A stretch of 63,296 nucleotides of DNA, the filler included, from Choristocarpus tenellus KU-1152 (Eukaryota; Protista; Phaeophyceae): assembly GCA_964200185.2 (NCBI GenBank). It is 9 parts of 9 records of this genome, joined end to end, with 100 filler letters (N's around TTAATTAATTAA, not from the genome) between each part and the next. Parts side by side here need not be neighbours in the genome. Positions count along the whole stretch, not along the records: positions 9,183 to 22,263 come from CAXNAD020001593.1; 8 more parts are not named here. One strand, written 5' to 3'. Below, in pieces: positions 9,196-22,263 of the stretch. The notes under the pieces are model-generated. The model did not search any database. It had not been told where the DNA came from and was given only the letters and a program-made list of their open reading frames with translations. The position numbers and the translations under genes were made by a program. Every line of letters begins with the position of its first letter. Position 1 is the stretch's first letter.

Positions 9196-12100
9196 ATGTC
9201 AGATCTTGTGTGGTTTCGATTTGACGAGGATGGTGGCTTGCAGTGGCCAGGATTTCTGTGCGCCTTGGTAGAGGACACGGATGCCCGATTAGAGGTGAGG
9301 CTGACATATGACACTCATTCGACCTCGACTTATCTCTGCCCCTCTTGCATGCTTACAACAACGGATTGTTTTTATTGTAATGCTCTCCTGCAGTTCCTGC
9401 GCGAAGTCTCTGCGCCCGGCAGGCGGAGGATCAAACGCCCAGGCCCTGTGTCCATTTTCTGGCTGCCTCACGTCAACAGGCTCGTTGAGGGTTCAGATGC
9501 AACCTCGGAGTGGCCCAACTTCGATTATACATTGGGCGATTGCCGAGGTGACTCACTGTTGATAAAATTGCTTGCTATTCCCCCAGATTATGTTTTACCC
9601 CCTATATGATTCCACGCCAGAGTCAAGTCTTCGAATTTTGTCCTTTTCCACATGCAAGTATTTGTCTTACGTTGTCTTCTGTAACCTTCACATTCTCGCA
9701 CGGCAAACTGGTCATTCCCGGCCTCTACTATTATTCAGCGATGGAGCGCGAGAAGGAGCTGAAGCAGGCTGTGGCCTTGGTGGACAAAATCAAGAGAAGC
9801 TCCGAAAAGTCAGTACATGTTACATGGGATTTATTCTTTATGTTCGCGAACTTTCAACTAATGCCACACCAAATCCACCATTCCCCGTAATTGAACCTGA
9901 GCATCACCCTTCTATATATTTCCCCTGAAAAGGCACCAAGGCATGGCAATCGACCGGTCATCCTCGTTGGATTCCTGTGCCTCTCTTACTCCTTCCTCGA
10001 CTTTGTGCGAATTTGACCTACTACAAACGACGACCACATGTACAACTCCGGATGCCTGCCTGGGATGGACGGATCCGTCCTCACAAAGTGAAACGACCAG
10101 CCCATCGTCGTCTCTATGTACAGAGCTCGAGCCGAGCTCAGGAACGTCAACGTTGCAGAATTTGCACACCTCTGCTGTTTCTGTTGTATTTAACAGGAGC
10201 TCAAAACCACCTTCCCCAACAGAGTCATTCCACTGTTTCTCAAGGTTCAATGAGGATAAGAGAGAATGCAGCAACACACCCAGGACCTTGGACACTAGCT
10301 GGCAAGATGTAACTGGCAGTCTTGTTATGAATGAGAGGGGAATTGACTACAAGGAAGAAACGTCCAAGTCCCATAGTGAATCCCAGGAAACAGAAGGGCA
10401 GGTCTGCTTGGGGGAGGATTTCATTGAGGGCGAACAGATCACTCAAAGTAGGTCCAAACGTCCACGGCAGGAGAATAGCTGCAAAAGCGTGATCCATGCT
10501 GTAGGGGGTAACATTACTTCAGAAAAATGTTGGGAGGATGCCACTGGATGTAGCAGGTCACCAATAGATCGTGAAAGGCACCAGCAAAAGAAACTGCGAC
10601 CTACTGAAGGTGGATGTGGAATGAACGGTCTCCTTATGAGCAATGATTTTGCAAGGATCAATAATTCTTCAGAGTGCAACCTATCTCTTCCTGTTGAGGA
10701 CCAGGCTCTTGTGAAACCAAAGGTGGTAGATACTGTCAAGCACACTAACCAGGATGATAGCAAATGGTTTCCAGGGCGATATGCTGAGGAACATTACAGC
10801 TGTGAGGAAGGAGGTTGTGATGATTCCCACAGTGATAAGGAAAACACTGAGGGCAACATGGAAATGACACTGACACAAGACATACAAATATTTTCAGCAG
10901 AGAGTAGTAAGGAAGATCTTAGGCAACCAGTGCTGCAAATGCAGCATGAAGGAGGAAGAAAAGGACACGAACTTGTGGGGCAAGTGGAGGAAACTGATGC
11001 AAAGGTTGAGGAGATCGAAGAGGTTGAAGAGGAGCAGCACGCGCAAGAGGAAGAGGCAACCTCGATCACGCAGAAGACAGAGGAGCAGATACTGTGTGCT
11101 GCAAACGTGACAGGAAAGGAAGGATTTGCAGCCATGTTTGTAAAGCTAAAGAAGATTGGGTGGAAGTGGGGCCCAAAAGTCAGCATGCTTGATAATCGTG
11201 ACACTATACTCAAGCCAGGTGTTCATGCCAAGGCTTCAACTTTTGGGGTGAACCGGTTCAAAACGAAAGATGAAGTGGTGGAGCATATTCAGAATATTCT
11301 TAGGCAGGGCAGTGTCATATCCTCAGTGGATAATAGTAGTGTGTTGGACAATGACTACAAGAAGGAAGAGAAGGAGGATGATGAGGAAAATCAGGAGGAG
11401 ACTGTGCAACACCATGAGACAGAAAAACACATGGACCATGGACGAGTGCTTCATTCAGAGGCCAACCTCTCGCCTGCAAGTCAAGACCTGCAGAGGGCCC
11501 TAGATTCACTTCGACCACAGATAGCTCCAGGCCTTCTACATCAGCGCTCCACTGAGGCTCAGAGTGTGATACAGTTCATCACACATAGTGTCAAGGAATC
11601 ACTTGGGGGAAGCATCTATCTCTGTGGATGTCCAGGAACCGGCAAGTCTCAGACCATGGCACATGTGCAAGCAGCACTGGAGGCCAAACCTAAGGTACAG
11701 TCCTGTCCTTTCTATATTTAGGTGAACGTATGATTTCACTGGTATGCTTTGATTACTATCTTCCTGAAAAAAAATTCCCTCATGCTTCACCCCCCTGGTC
11801 AATTAGGGGGGCTTCTACACGCACATGTTCCACACATTTCAAGGTGCTTCCTTGACTACACCGGTGGCCATGTTTACTGCAATGTGGCAAGCTCTGGCTG
11901 GAAAGGAGCATGAACCTCTAAACATGGAGAAGGCACTTTCATCAAAGCTCAAGCTAACATCCAAGGCCACAAGGGCTAGACCAATGATTGTTCTTGTAGT
12001 TGATGAGATCGACCAATTGCTTTCCCAAGGCCGGCAAGTGCTGTCAAAGCTCTTCGAGTGGGCCCATGCACCCAAATCCCGACTGGTGAGAACTATTGGG

Positions 12101-13354
12101 ACAGCTGCGCTCATTCAATATATAGGGATGTAATGGTTTTTTTGTTCTCTTGGAAGATTTTAATGTTGACCTTGATAGCACCTAGTGTTACATTTCAAAT
12201 TGATTCCAGGCATGTGTGTGCTGCAAGAAGTGTCAGGTTGTGGCACAAGTGTGTTGACGATCCTCTCATTCCACTATTACCTCAGTAGAAGAATATTGTG
12301 TATCAGAAATATAGGCCTGCTCATCAGATTTGACAGATACTAGGACTCAAATTTAGTATGCCTGTTTCAAATCATGCCAATGAGTTGGAGGATCATGTGG
12401 TTGCAAGGAGGCATGCATTTTGGGCAGCACAACTCACATCCAATTTCAACCAACTTACTAAACCAACCACCCAGCTTTTCCACCTTCTTGGAAAAAAAGA
12501 TGAAGCAACGCCAAGTCTGCTCAGCAAATCCACCCTCCTGTGTTTCTTTCATTGTGAAGGTGCTTGTGGGCATTGCAAATTCAATTGAGTTTGACACACG
12601 CATTCAGGGTCGGCATGAGATCATGGAGAGGAAGCCAGAAAGGGTCCTATTCAGAGCCTATGGCCCTACAGAGTTAAATGAAATACTTCGGCAACGTGTT
12701 GGAACAACGGTGGACCCAGGGGCAATCAACTTCTGCTCAAAAAAAGTGGCAGCTTCATCAGGGGATGCACGCAGGGCCATCAGCCTGTGCCGGGAGGCAG
12801 TGCTTCTTGCCAAGAAAGAGCTTGATGCAAAGGAGGGTAGAGAAGGCAAGAGTAAGTGCAAGTTGCTGGGGGACAGTGTGCAAAGTGGAACAGACCAGGA
12901 TCGGGCCTTGGTAACCATTGCCCACATGGCAAAAGTTGTTCGAGCAGGGAATATGTCCAACTATGAAGAGGTAATCGACGGCCTTGCACCACAGGCACAG
13001 GTTGTCTTATGTGTGGCTGCTGCAATGGTAGCTGAACCAATGGAGGACAGTCAACCGTACAGTGTCTACAGCAAGGTCACTGTACGTGCTCAACCTTTAA
13101 CACAAGGAGACCTACATGAGAGGTGCAAAAAGTTGTGGGAAACATCACGGACAGGAGGTGTCATGAGCCAGATTGAGTTTTCATCTCTGATAGATATAAT
13201 GGCAGCACAGGGCCTCTTGGAGGTAAAGTGTAAACATGGATCACGTACAGTTGGTCGGGCAAGAAAGTTGACTCTCCAGATAGAGTTTACAGATGTGCAG
13301 GCTGCCCTAGGTGACCAGCCCTTTTTTAGAAATGCCACCACTTGTACCAGATGA
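9196..13354 (+). CDS. CDC6: Cdc6 AAA+ replication-licensing ATPase with long N-terminal extension; confident exons 9933-11694, 11807-12085, 12560-13354; short 5' exons 9196-9808 less certain
   Basis: Walker A GSIYLCGCPGTGKS, Walker B VVDEIDQL, Cdc6-type LFEWAHAPKSRL|VLVGIANS, CSKKVAASSGDARRAISLCREA, C-terminal winged-helix region; frame-preserving GT-AG junctions, including phase-2 intron 9809-9932. Confidence 0.9.
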
Positions 13355-13559
13355 GAGTAGTCTTTGGCAATTTTTATTTTGCTGTTTGTTCTTGATTGAA
13401 AGGAATTTACTTGGAGAACAATCATGGATAACCATTTACCATACTTGAAAAGGTCCAATTCCATTGAATTTCATCAGGAGTAACCCCTTAGAAGCACAAA
13501 AAGAGCTATCTTAACATCTCCTTTTGAGGAGCATAGTGCACTTTCAGCCCCAACAGACC

Positions 13560-15791
13560 TCACGCAACATCAGATATTCCTCCCCGATCAACCTCCTTTC
13601 CTCCTATATCTTGAAGTATAGCCTGCACCCTTTCAGCATGCTGGAGGCACAACTCGAGGCACTCATTCAATTCCTCACCAGAAACACAGCTGCCACCAGG
13701 CTTGTGGATACCACACACCTGACATACAAATTTACACAATGTCATCATCTTGTACAAGAAGCATCAAGCATATACTGTAGGGACAAATTACTGATAGTTG
13801 ACTGGGTGTGGTATGGTTAGGTACTAGCCATAACTATATAATAGTACTCTTGCCACTTTCCAGTATGTGCACAATGCTATCTATGTTCTCTGTACATGCT
13901 AGACATGAGTATCCATGTAATGTAAATGCCACAAGTGAATGAACATCTGGCGACACTCCTGTGCGACATGCAGATCCAACAATCTCACCTTCCCTGAACC
14001 AGTCTGTACCACAGTAACATTGGTTGTCACAAGTTGCTCTTCTAACAGGGATGGATCTGTTATTATTACCCCATCAAATACACCACATGTTAGTGGTACT
14101 GGCAAATGCTGGACTGGGAGTGGTGTGGATTTACCTGACGAAAACATTCAAGCAAGATGCAATATGAGAAAAAGAGGGCAATTCTTAGCTTCTTGAAAAT
14201 GCAATATGGGCAGCAAAAGGATGAGTCACACCTCCACCGACTAATAAGCATCACTTTGTTCGCTCACCACTCTTGACAATAATTTCCCCGTCCACCTCTA
14301 TTGTATCCGGCAATTTGAGTCGCAACAGGGCAGCCACTGCTGCTATGAGAGAGGCGTCAGCCAGATTCCCATCATAACTCAGACACACTATGTCCAAGCA
14401 TATTTTCCATGCGTGACTCCCTTGGTTAATACACAAGTCTTCCAAGAGAACAGCGCCTGACCTGAGAAATGTGGAGGTCAATGACACACACAAACATGGA
14501 AAGGAGGTATAGTTCAGACTCCTCTAATGCTGCCTTGGCATAATAACAAACATTTGTGGTAAGTCCCTCTTGACATGAATTTGAAGAGCGTTTTGATCCC
14601 CAACTTTCAACACTGCTAAACCAACAAACCACAGTCATACACTGGTCTTAATAGATACTCCGAAAAAATCGCCAAAGATCATAATCTTGCAAATCATAAA
14701 CTGCTCCATTCTCCTATCCTCACCAGCATAGTCACGGCATTGCACAATACATGGGCTGTCTGCCCCATAACACCATCTTCAAGATCAGTTAGAGTTGTTT
14801 CACAAACGTTTTGGAAGATACGCAGGAGCACAGTCTTATCTACAAAAGTACAGAGCTTGTCGACAACAAGGGCAGGGGCACTCTATCACCACAACCTTTC
14901 GTGTTGTTGCCGTCTAGGATTCCTGAGACATCGCATCTAGGTTCACAGGGACGGACCAGGGAAAAATCGATTCAGTAGCCCCAAATTAATCCAAGCTCCA
15001 TTTCTTCGATATCAAAGTTAGCATCACGGGCATATTGCCACTTTTTACCATATCTTGGCCACACACTATCTACAAAGTAACTCGGCGGGTGTGAGATATG
15101 AAATTTCCATCAAGAAATCTCATTTTAGATACTTTCTCCAGAATCAAATATGTCAACCCACATACGCAACGCTTGCCACATGTCCGCGCCATACATGGAA
15201 TAATGGTTGTGTACAATACTCAACTGGACGATTGAGGCCTTGACGAAGCTACCCAGGGTTTGAGCTTGCTCTGAAGGTCGTCCTGATCCAAACTTTGATG
15301 ACGCAAGTGGGGTTATCAATACTTGTACATCTGGAAGAAGAGGCAACGAGGCAACAATGGGGAGTCTCTTTCACCAGAATAAGGTGTCCAGCATGCCTAG
15401 AGATACAATCATGCTCTATGTCACCAACAGATAGTGTCGACGGTGCCTAGATTAACGACTATCCACACGAAAGTTGGGTTTAGTGTTGTGCCACGCCCCT
15501 GCCATGTAGCCTGAGCAATCATGTAATCGGCACCATTTGCTCACCAATATCTCCAAAATTCGGGGATGATTCGCTGGGCTGGCCAACCTGCAAAGTGATA
15601 CCGACGACTACTTTGGTAGCGCCAATGCCAACTAGGGCCGACCCTTGAACGTGCTCATCCGAAAACACATCAATATCCACCGAAACCGGTCTCACGGCTC
15701 GGAGTTCCCGTCCATCTGGTCTGACATTCTTTGTCACAAATCGTCGATAAAAGCTCTCAGGATCGAGGCGTTGGAAAGCCTCAACTTCCAT
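13560..15791 (-). CDS. RRP43: Exosome core subunit RRP43/EXOSC8; exons 15791-15545, 15330-15225, 14461-14268, 14134-13989, 13718-13560
   Basis: FQRLDPESFYRRFVTKNVRPDGR, GSALVGIGATKV, LEDLCI..AWKICLDIVCLSYDGNLADA, DPSLLEEQL, CGIHKPGG; all intron phases consistent. Confidence 0.93.
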
Positions 15792-15942
15792 GGTACCTTA
15801 GATGTGGATTGGAGGATTCAATATAGGATTTGTCAATATATTCGTTGGCGTGTAAAATTTGAAATATTGCTTCAAACTATAATGCAACAAAGGACTTCAA
15901 AGAGGAGGGGTAGAGACAGGCGTAGCCCACAAACGAAGAAAG
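15792..15942. promoter_or_regulatory. Putative bidirectional promoter between RRP43 and RPC7
   Basis: Divergent start codons 151 bp apart. Confidence 0.6.
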
Positions 15943-16709
15943 ATGCGGGGAGGTAGGGGAGGGCGAGGGAGGGGTGCGGGGAGTGCATCTCAATCTATGA
16001 TCCGAGAGACAGCAATGGACCTTGGCCTGAACTCCTACAGACTAGACCAGGTGTGAATGAGAGATCGGGGGTTGTAGTGAATTTGTCCTCTTCCTCTGAT
16101 CCCACCAAACTCGAATGCTTCAGTAGATTTTTTGCATGACATATCCTCCGTTCGTATCTCTAACCTATTGGTCGACAGAACGAGGCTCCACCACTGTACC
16201 CTTCCTTGGACCTGCCGCCTGCAGCTCGGATCATGGAAAAGGACGTTTGTCTTGTCTCAAAACAGCGTGAGCTAGTTGCAGACTCTGTCAACTCCCCGTA
16301 TTTCATCACCCCAAAGTACGTAGTGAGGGACGTGGAGAGGTATTCCGTTAGATTTACTGCCAACGGTAATGCTAAGGACAAGGACATGGCTAGTGTATTG
16401 ACAAGCTCCATTTTAGACATTCTACCCGCAGAGCTAGTCGATCTCCCAACAGGTCACTCAGGAGGCGCCTTGCAAGCAGGTCTGAAACGTAACAGTAAAT
16501 TCGATGCTAAGTCTCTTACAGCTTTAGAGGACAGGGAGAAACAGAGCGTCGAACAGGGGGGAGATAAGGATAGGGAGAAGGACGGTGTCTTAAGTGACCT
16601 AGAACCAGATATTGAAGAAGAGGAATCGCAGGAAGAGGAGGATTACCTACGAAATCACTATGACAGTGATGTGGAAAGTGACGCGGATGATTCTGGGGCT
16701 GTGTTTTAA
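15943..16709 (+). CDS. RPC31: RNA polymerase III subunit RPC7/C31; exons 15943-16050, 16179-16709
   Basis: MRGGRGGRGRG start, PPLYP, SPYFI..DVERYS, LPAELV, acidic tail DYLRNHYDSD..SGAVF; in-frame GT-AG intron. Confidence 0.88.
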
Positions 16710-17099
16710 TGCATACAGTTTATTCCCGTGTGGTGAGGACCTCCCACTTCCAAGCTGAGATAAAAGTAGATAGGTTTGTGTAAATACTGAAGCAACTCTT
16801 CTGACCAGATGCAGCATTCACCAAGCCCACCATTATTTTCTGGACTTTGTCAATGGAGCTAAGAACTGCTGGTATGGGTACGAGATAGAGGACATTATCT
16901 TTCTGATATGAACGTTCTATTATTGTGTGGACTTCTTCCACTCCTGGAACCCCACCATCCCTACCTTTCTTTCCTTCTCTAACATTCCCACACGGATCTC
17001 AATGTTGACCAAGATACATGCCTCTCGAAGCTTGTTTGGGCACACCAACACTGGCGACTAGTAGAGGAAACTGTAATATATTATTGAAATCTCTCTACC

Positions 17100-18380
17100 C
17101 AGTGAATTTCCACATTCAAATTTGCTCTTTGAAGAGACCATACTGTGCATACACTCCGTAGCACCTTGTCATCAAAGACGATAATTATTTGCTGGATAAT
17201 AGCTAGGATTTCAACTCATCACACACTCATCATAGAGAGGATGGTCTATGTCCGCATTGAGTAGGATGCTTTACTCCTGTGGTCACACAGATAGCACAAG
17301 TATCCAAGAAAATACCTCAACAGCTTCAAGCACACTGGTGGTGGAGGCAGTTTCCAGGTTGTGAACCTGATACAGACTGAGTTAGCTTGCGGTCGCTGCT
17401 TGTGGTTGTTTGAAGCAGAAGATCATAAATGGTCAGCTAAAAAAATCACTAATGCAGTCCTCAGGGGTGGACCGGATAGGTTGTCCTGTCATTTGAGCAT
17501 CCCCCACTCCTTCTGAACTCGTTTACAACAATTGGGTGTAAATCAGATCAAAAGCTGGACTGAAATTGATACTCCGGAGTATAATAAGGTAGGTCAAATT
17601 TCAAGGTAGGATGCATGATCACATTACAAATAAGTTGTTAGTCAGGTTGAAAGGGGATGTAGTCAATGCGACACTATCCACCCGATTGAGCCCCTTGTAG
17701 TTCACATCTTAGTTCACATAGGTATAAGACCCTTTGCCATCTTGGTGCACTTAAAAGGTATTGAAAATAGCATTTTATTCCTATCTTGCAACCTCATCAG
17801 GTGTACACCACTATTGGTCAATTTATCTTAGTCATGGGATCCAAATATAATTGTCTCTATCCTGTCGCCTGCACCCTCTTTGTCATGCCAGCATCCCCAT
17901 TCGTACAGATGAACAATATGTCTGTAAAGGGAACCTGCTTCGCACTTTGGTGCAGGGTCATCCAGAACTACTCCTTCTCCGTCCTTTTCTTTTCTTTCTT
18001 AACCCTTTATGTAACCTTGGTTGGAGAGTAGAAGATTGCAGTTGTCGCTTCATTTGATGCGCCCATCACAATGATCCCAACATTCATCTGGTGGTTGCTG
18101 CTGTATTCTGGCTTCAAGTTTTCTCCCTTAGCGATTGACTTATCCTTCACTACCACGGCGACACCATATCTCCCTGTTCCATCCTTGTCTCCACTGTAAT
18201 ACACAACATACCCACTACTTTTAAGTTGATGCTGACCACCTTGCCTTGTCTCCTCAAGCCCAACCAAATCACATCTGATAGATGCCACTAATAGCAGTAG
18301 TCTGTCCACATGTTCTGTTGACGTCCTCATAGCAATGCTTAATATCCTTGTAGCAATTCTTAATTGGCAGAGACTACCTG
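17100..18380 (-). mobile_element. Decayed LINE (RTE-like) AP-endonuclease region
   Basis: CDLVGLEETR..SGYVVYYSGDKDGTGRYGVAVVV..IFYSPT..KE*FWMTL: EEP endonuclease motifs with stops; 3' boundary approximate. Confidence 0.75.
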
Positions 18381-21300
18381 CACGAATTTCACAGGCCTAG
18401 TGAGTGACCCAGACTTGTGTACACAGAAAGCTGGTTCAATTTCCCCAAATCCACATACCAAGCACTGCAGTTTGTACATCTGCCTGTACAGTCATATGTC
18501 ACTATATTGTAAAAATGCAACACCGAGAATGAGGTGGTGGCAAGACCCCATTGCCAAGCAACGCTGAGGCAAGTTGCGCACAGGATTTGAGGGAGGAGGT
18601 GGAGTGACGAGCAGTGGGATGGGTAAACACCATGAATGAGGTGCAAGGCTCAAACATAAATATACACTTAGTTGCAGTGCAACACAGTTATAGTAGTATT
18701 AAATTAGCAGTAGTAGAGTGCAGCATGTAGTCCTTCAGACCACTGGTTGGGATACAGTCCTGATAATAAAGTAGAGAAGTAGTAATCCTGTCACTGCCGT
18801 TGTACAAACATTCCAGGTTGTACTTGTAACCTTTCTTGCAGTTCCGAATACTATTCCCTTGTAATCCCTCTTGTCCAGGACAGTGCTAAGGGTCAATGTA
18901 TCTGGGAGGGGGGGGTGCCGGCGTCCTTTTTTGACCCTAAGGGTCATTTACTCCTTAAAGTCCATTGTTTAGCAAACATTCAAGTCAATTAGGTTTGTAA
19001 TGTGCATAGGTTCCGGTGGATTGCTCTGTATCGTCTGTTGTCCACCATGCTTTGTCGTTTATATCACCAAACCGTAAAACTGCGCCATGCAAGTGTTACG
19101 CCCTCTGACATACCCACTATTTTCACACCTAGGACAACTGAACGCTCACAACTATATTGTGCCTATAAAACTGGATATGAAAATATGTGGAACTCGATGT
19201 TACTTACACCCAGTCCAAAACATAAACTAAAAAGTACAACAATATCTTGAGTCTGTATCACTCCAGACCAAAACATTTCCATACTGTGTTATGCTGGTAA
19301 CACTCCGGTCCAGATCATACGCATTTTTCCATTTTAACTTAACATACATAATACCAAAACACAATGTTTTCATGATGTTATGTTTTGAAACAACATAGTG
19401 CTACGGCTTCACACTCTCCAAAACGTTGTGAAGCACCCCATTGTGTTGTCCGTAACATAAAATTACAACTTAGTGACACTACTACTTCTGCTAGAGTTAC
19501 TATTTATGCTGTGGAGGTGTTGCATTGTCAACACACAGTATTCAGTGGTTTGTTGTAGTGAGCAAAGTCATTTACTAACTACCCTGGTTGGCGTCTGAGA
19601 TGGTTTACTAAACATCTTAATAAATTGAGCAAGAGTTGATCTGACTTTTGTCATTGGGGGGAACAAGTGAAAGAAAAAAGGGAAGATGATACCATTATTA
19701 CTACTAAACTGTACAACTCAAGAAGTAGACTATACAATGCTCATTGTTTTTACATTATAAATTGTATTTATAATAGCATAGGAGCAGGAGATGATAATAT
19801 TGTATGATCCCTGGTACTCTAGGTGAAGTGCATGTATTTTTTCCCCAGTACTATAGTGGAGCTGCTTCCTCCCCTCCATTGAAGTTTCCCATTGAACCAC
19901 AGGTTGAAGCAGGCCAGCCACACGAGCCCTCTCATTTATGTATGTTGCTCTTACAAACCGACTCTTTTGTCTTCAGAGTCAAACTCGGGTGTATCAAGGT
20001 ACTCATGAGTTGCATCTTCTGAAGAGCTGTCATTGTGCAGTCCCTGCACAGCCCACGCCTTCTCTGGACCTTTAAGACTATCATACACCATATGCGTATC
20101 TCCTCCCTCAAGAACACTTACACCTTTTTTTTTAATGGAATTGTATTACCCTCACAGAAGAACACCATCTCAGTATTTTCTGGGTCCATTGAGTCCCTCT
20201 GGCGATAATGAACCACTTGCCCACCCATGCAATAGTCGTACTCTAGCACAGCAGCACATCCACGGCACCCAAGCACAGTCTGCATGACAGACGCAGGGAG
20301 GGAGAATATCTTACATCCACGCCCTCTCCAAAAGGCTGCAACACCAGCCCCAGAGAAATCTCCCACAGGATAATTATCATATGATCACGTCCTGTAGTAC
20401 CGTGTAACAAATCTCATCACAGGTGGAAAGGATCGAGGTATCTGTGCTAGGTCAATGCTCGATTTTGTTAAACAAGTTCTCAAAGTTGGAAGTCGTAAAT
20501 GCACCGATAAGCTAAAACTTTAAATATTCAAGAAGAAGGGTTGTTCCATCACCAAATCAATTTCTATGGAAAACACTTTGGCACATTGCACACCCACTCA
20601 CTCACGTTTCCATCTGAACTATAGACCTGTGCCTGTGTATGTGACATACTTTCACCTGAGATGGTTCGTGGTGATAGAAGTGTTGCTCTTGTTAATCATA
20701 GTTAACGGAATCTATACATATAACTCCACCCTGCATGTTATGTTTGCGAAGCAGTAGATCTGGTGTGAATCAGAGTTGAACCACAATTTACTGGTACTTC
20801 CTCCACTTGCATACCATGCCCCCCAGTTGTGTTTTAGCAAACAGGTTGTGAGTTCTTTGCCGACACCTTCGACTTCACAAGTCCATTTGGAGGTTCAAAG
20901 GAAGCGCTTACCATTCTGACTACCTCAGACATTACCATTTATTGACAACTTGCTGTTATCCGTGAGTGGTGCTGCTACCAGTGGTGACCGCTTTATTGGA
21001 ACCGCTCAGTCAGAACCACCGGCACGGCAGAGGTCAAGATACCGCTCGTAGGGGAAGCAATGAGCAGTGTCTCTGCACTCTCCACAACACCAACATATAT
21101 GGAAACAACATGGGTGTCTGTCCTGTTGTTCTCAGCTGTAAATGAGAATGAAAGAGGAAGTCAAATTATACTTATCGACCGACTTGATTAATGGTAGTAG
21201 TGTATCTCAGAGTGAAACTATGCAAGAGAGATATCTATTTTGACCCTTCTGAGATTCAAGGCCCATTTGAATCTTGTACAATATACATCACTACCTTGCC

Positions 21301-21519
21301 TGAAATGCAGTTACCCCCCATTTAGGAGGGTGTGCCTCCAGACATTTACCTGCAAACACATTAGGACAAAGTGTCTCCAAAGTGCTCAAAACACATACTC
21401 CACAAATCAGTAATTAGGACTCTTAAACCTCAACGTTAAGCTCATTAATACTCCCCACTTACCTACTTTTCACAACAATATTTATATTTCATTCCATCGT
21501 CCTCTGTTTCTATTTCAAT

Positions 21520-22263
21520 TATTATTATTATTATGCCCTCAGACATTTTGTGGATGTGTCAGGGGGGAAACCAATGAAAACTATACACATTGTCAGTATA
21601 AGCCCTAAATAAATAAAATGTCATAAATGTGAAAGACACTAATCCTTTTGTTACTTAACCACTATCTATGTTGTACTACTGCCTTCCTGTGTCCTCAATC
21701 TACCTATACCTGTGCCCCAGGGGGGAGGAGCTAGAGAGTCATCCTAAGAATCCAATAAACCCCTCCTTGCCCATCTTCCTGGTGATTCCAGGTTAATACG
21801 CATGACAGGTCTAGACAGTGCCACTTGCCTAATTACCAAGACAATTTGGCGTAGCCAGGATTTAACTACTCCTTTCCTGTTATATCCTCCCGCCCCTCTC
21901 CCCCCTACCATGTGAGTAGCCAGCTCATCCAGGAATCATTCCACTTGCTTGCCAAGGCACCCAAAACTTTCTACTGCGAAGGTGTTGAGGTTATTACTAC
22001 GAGGATCAAGAGAGCCATCGTAGTGGGTGCGCTTTTGTGCCTCGGCTGCAGCAGCAGCTACACCATTGCTAGTGGACGAGTGGGTAAGGTGGGAGGTTGC
22101 CTGTACCTCTGCGAATGTGACACCTAGCAGAAGGCCTTTGTCCCTGCAGGGGGTTGTTCTGGCATCCGCTAGTGCCCCTGTGTGGAACACCAGATCCATG
22201 CAGAGATTCCTGTCCACTGTGAAAGGGCTGCCGTCCTCCATAGTGCAAGGGATGCCCATCCCC
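21520..22263 (-). mobile_element. CRE-like retrotransposon 3' end: RLE domain, 3' UTR, terminal hairpin, (TAA)n tail
   Basis: GIPCTMEDGSPF..MDLVFHTGALADA..GLLLGVTFAEVQA..AEAQKRTHYDGS..FAVESFGCLG (PD..D..K RLE-type), then cccccctgacacatccacaaaatgtctgagggcataataataataataat. Confidence 0.85.

Noticed and set aside
10240-11518. Overlapping antisense ORFs within CDC6
   Set aside because: Shadow frames of a long coding exon with no independent motifs.
9943-13354. Three separate genes, or ORC1 rather than CDC6
   Set aside because: The ORFs splice in frame into one AAA+ protein; LFEWA..SRL and CSKKVAASSGD fit Cdc6, and no BAH domain is visible.
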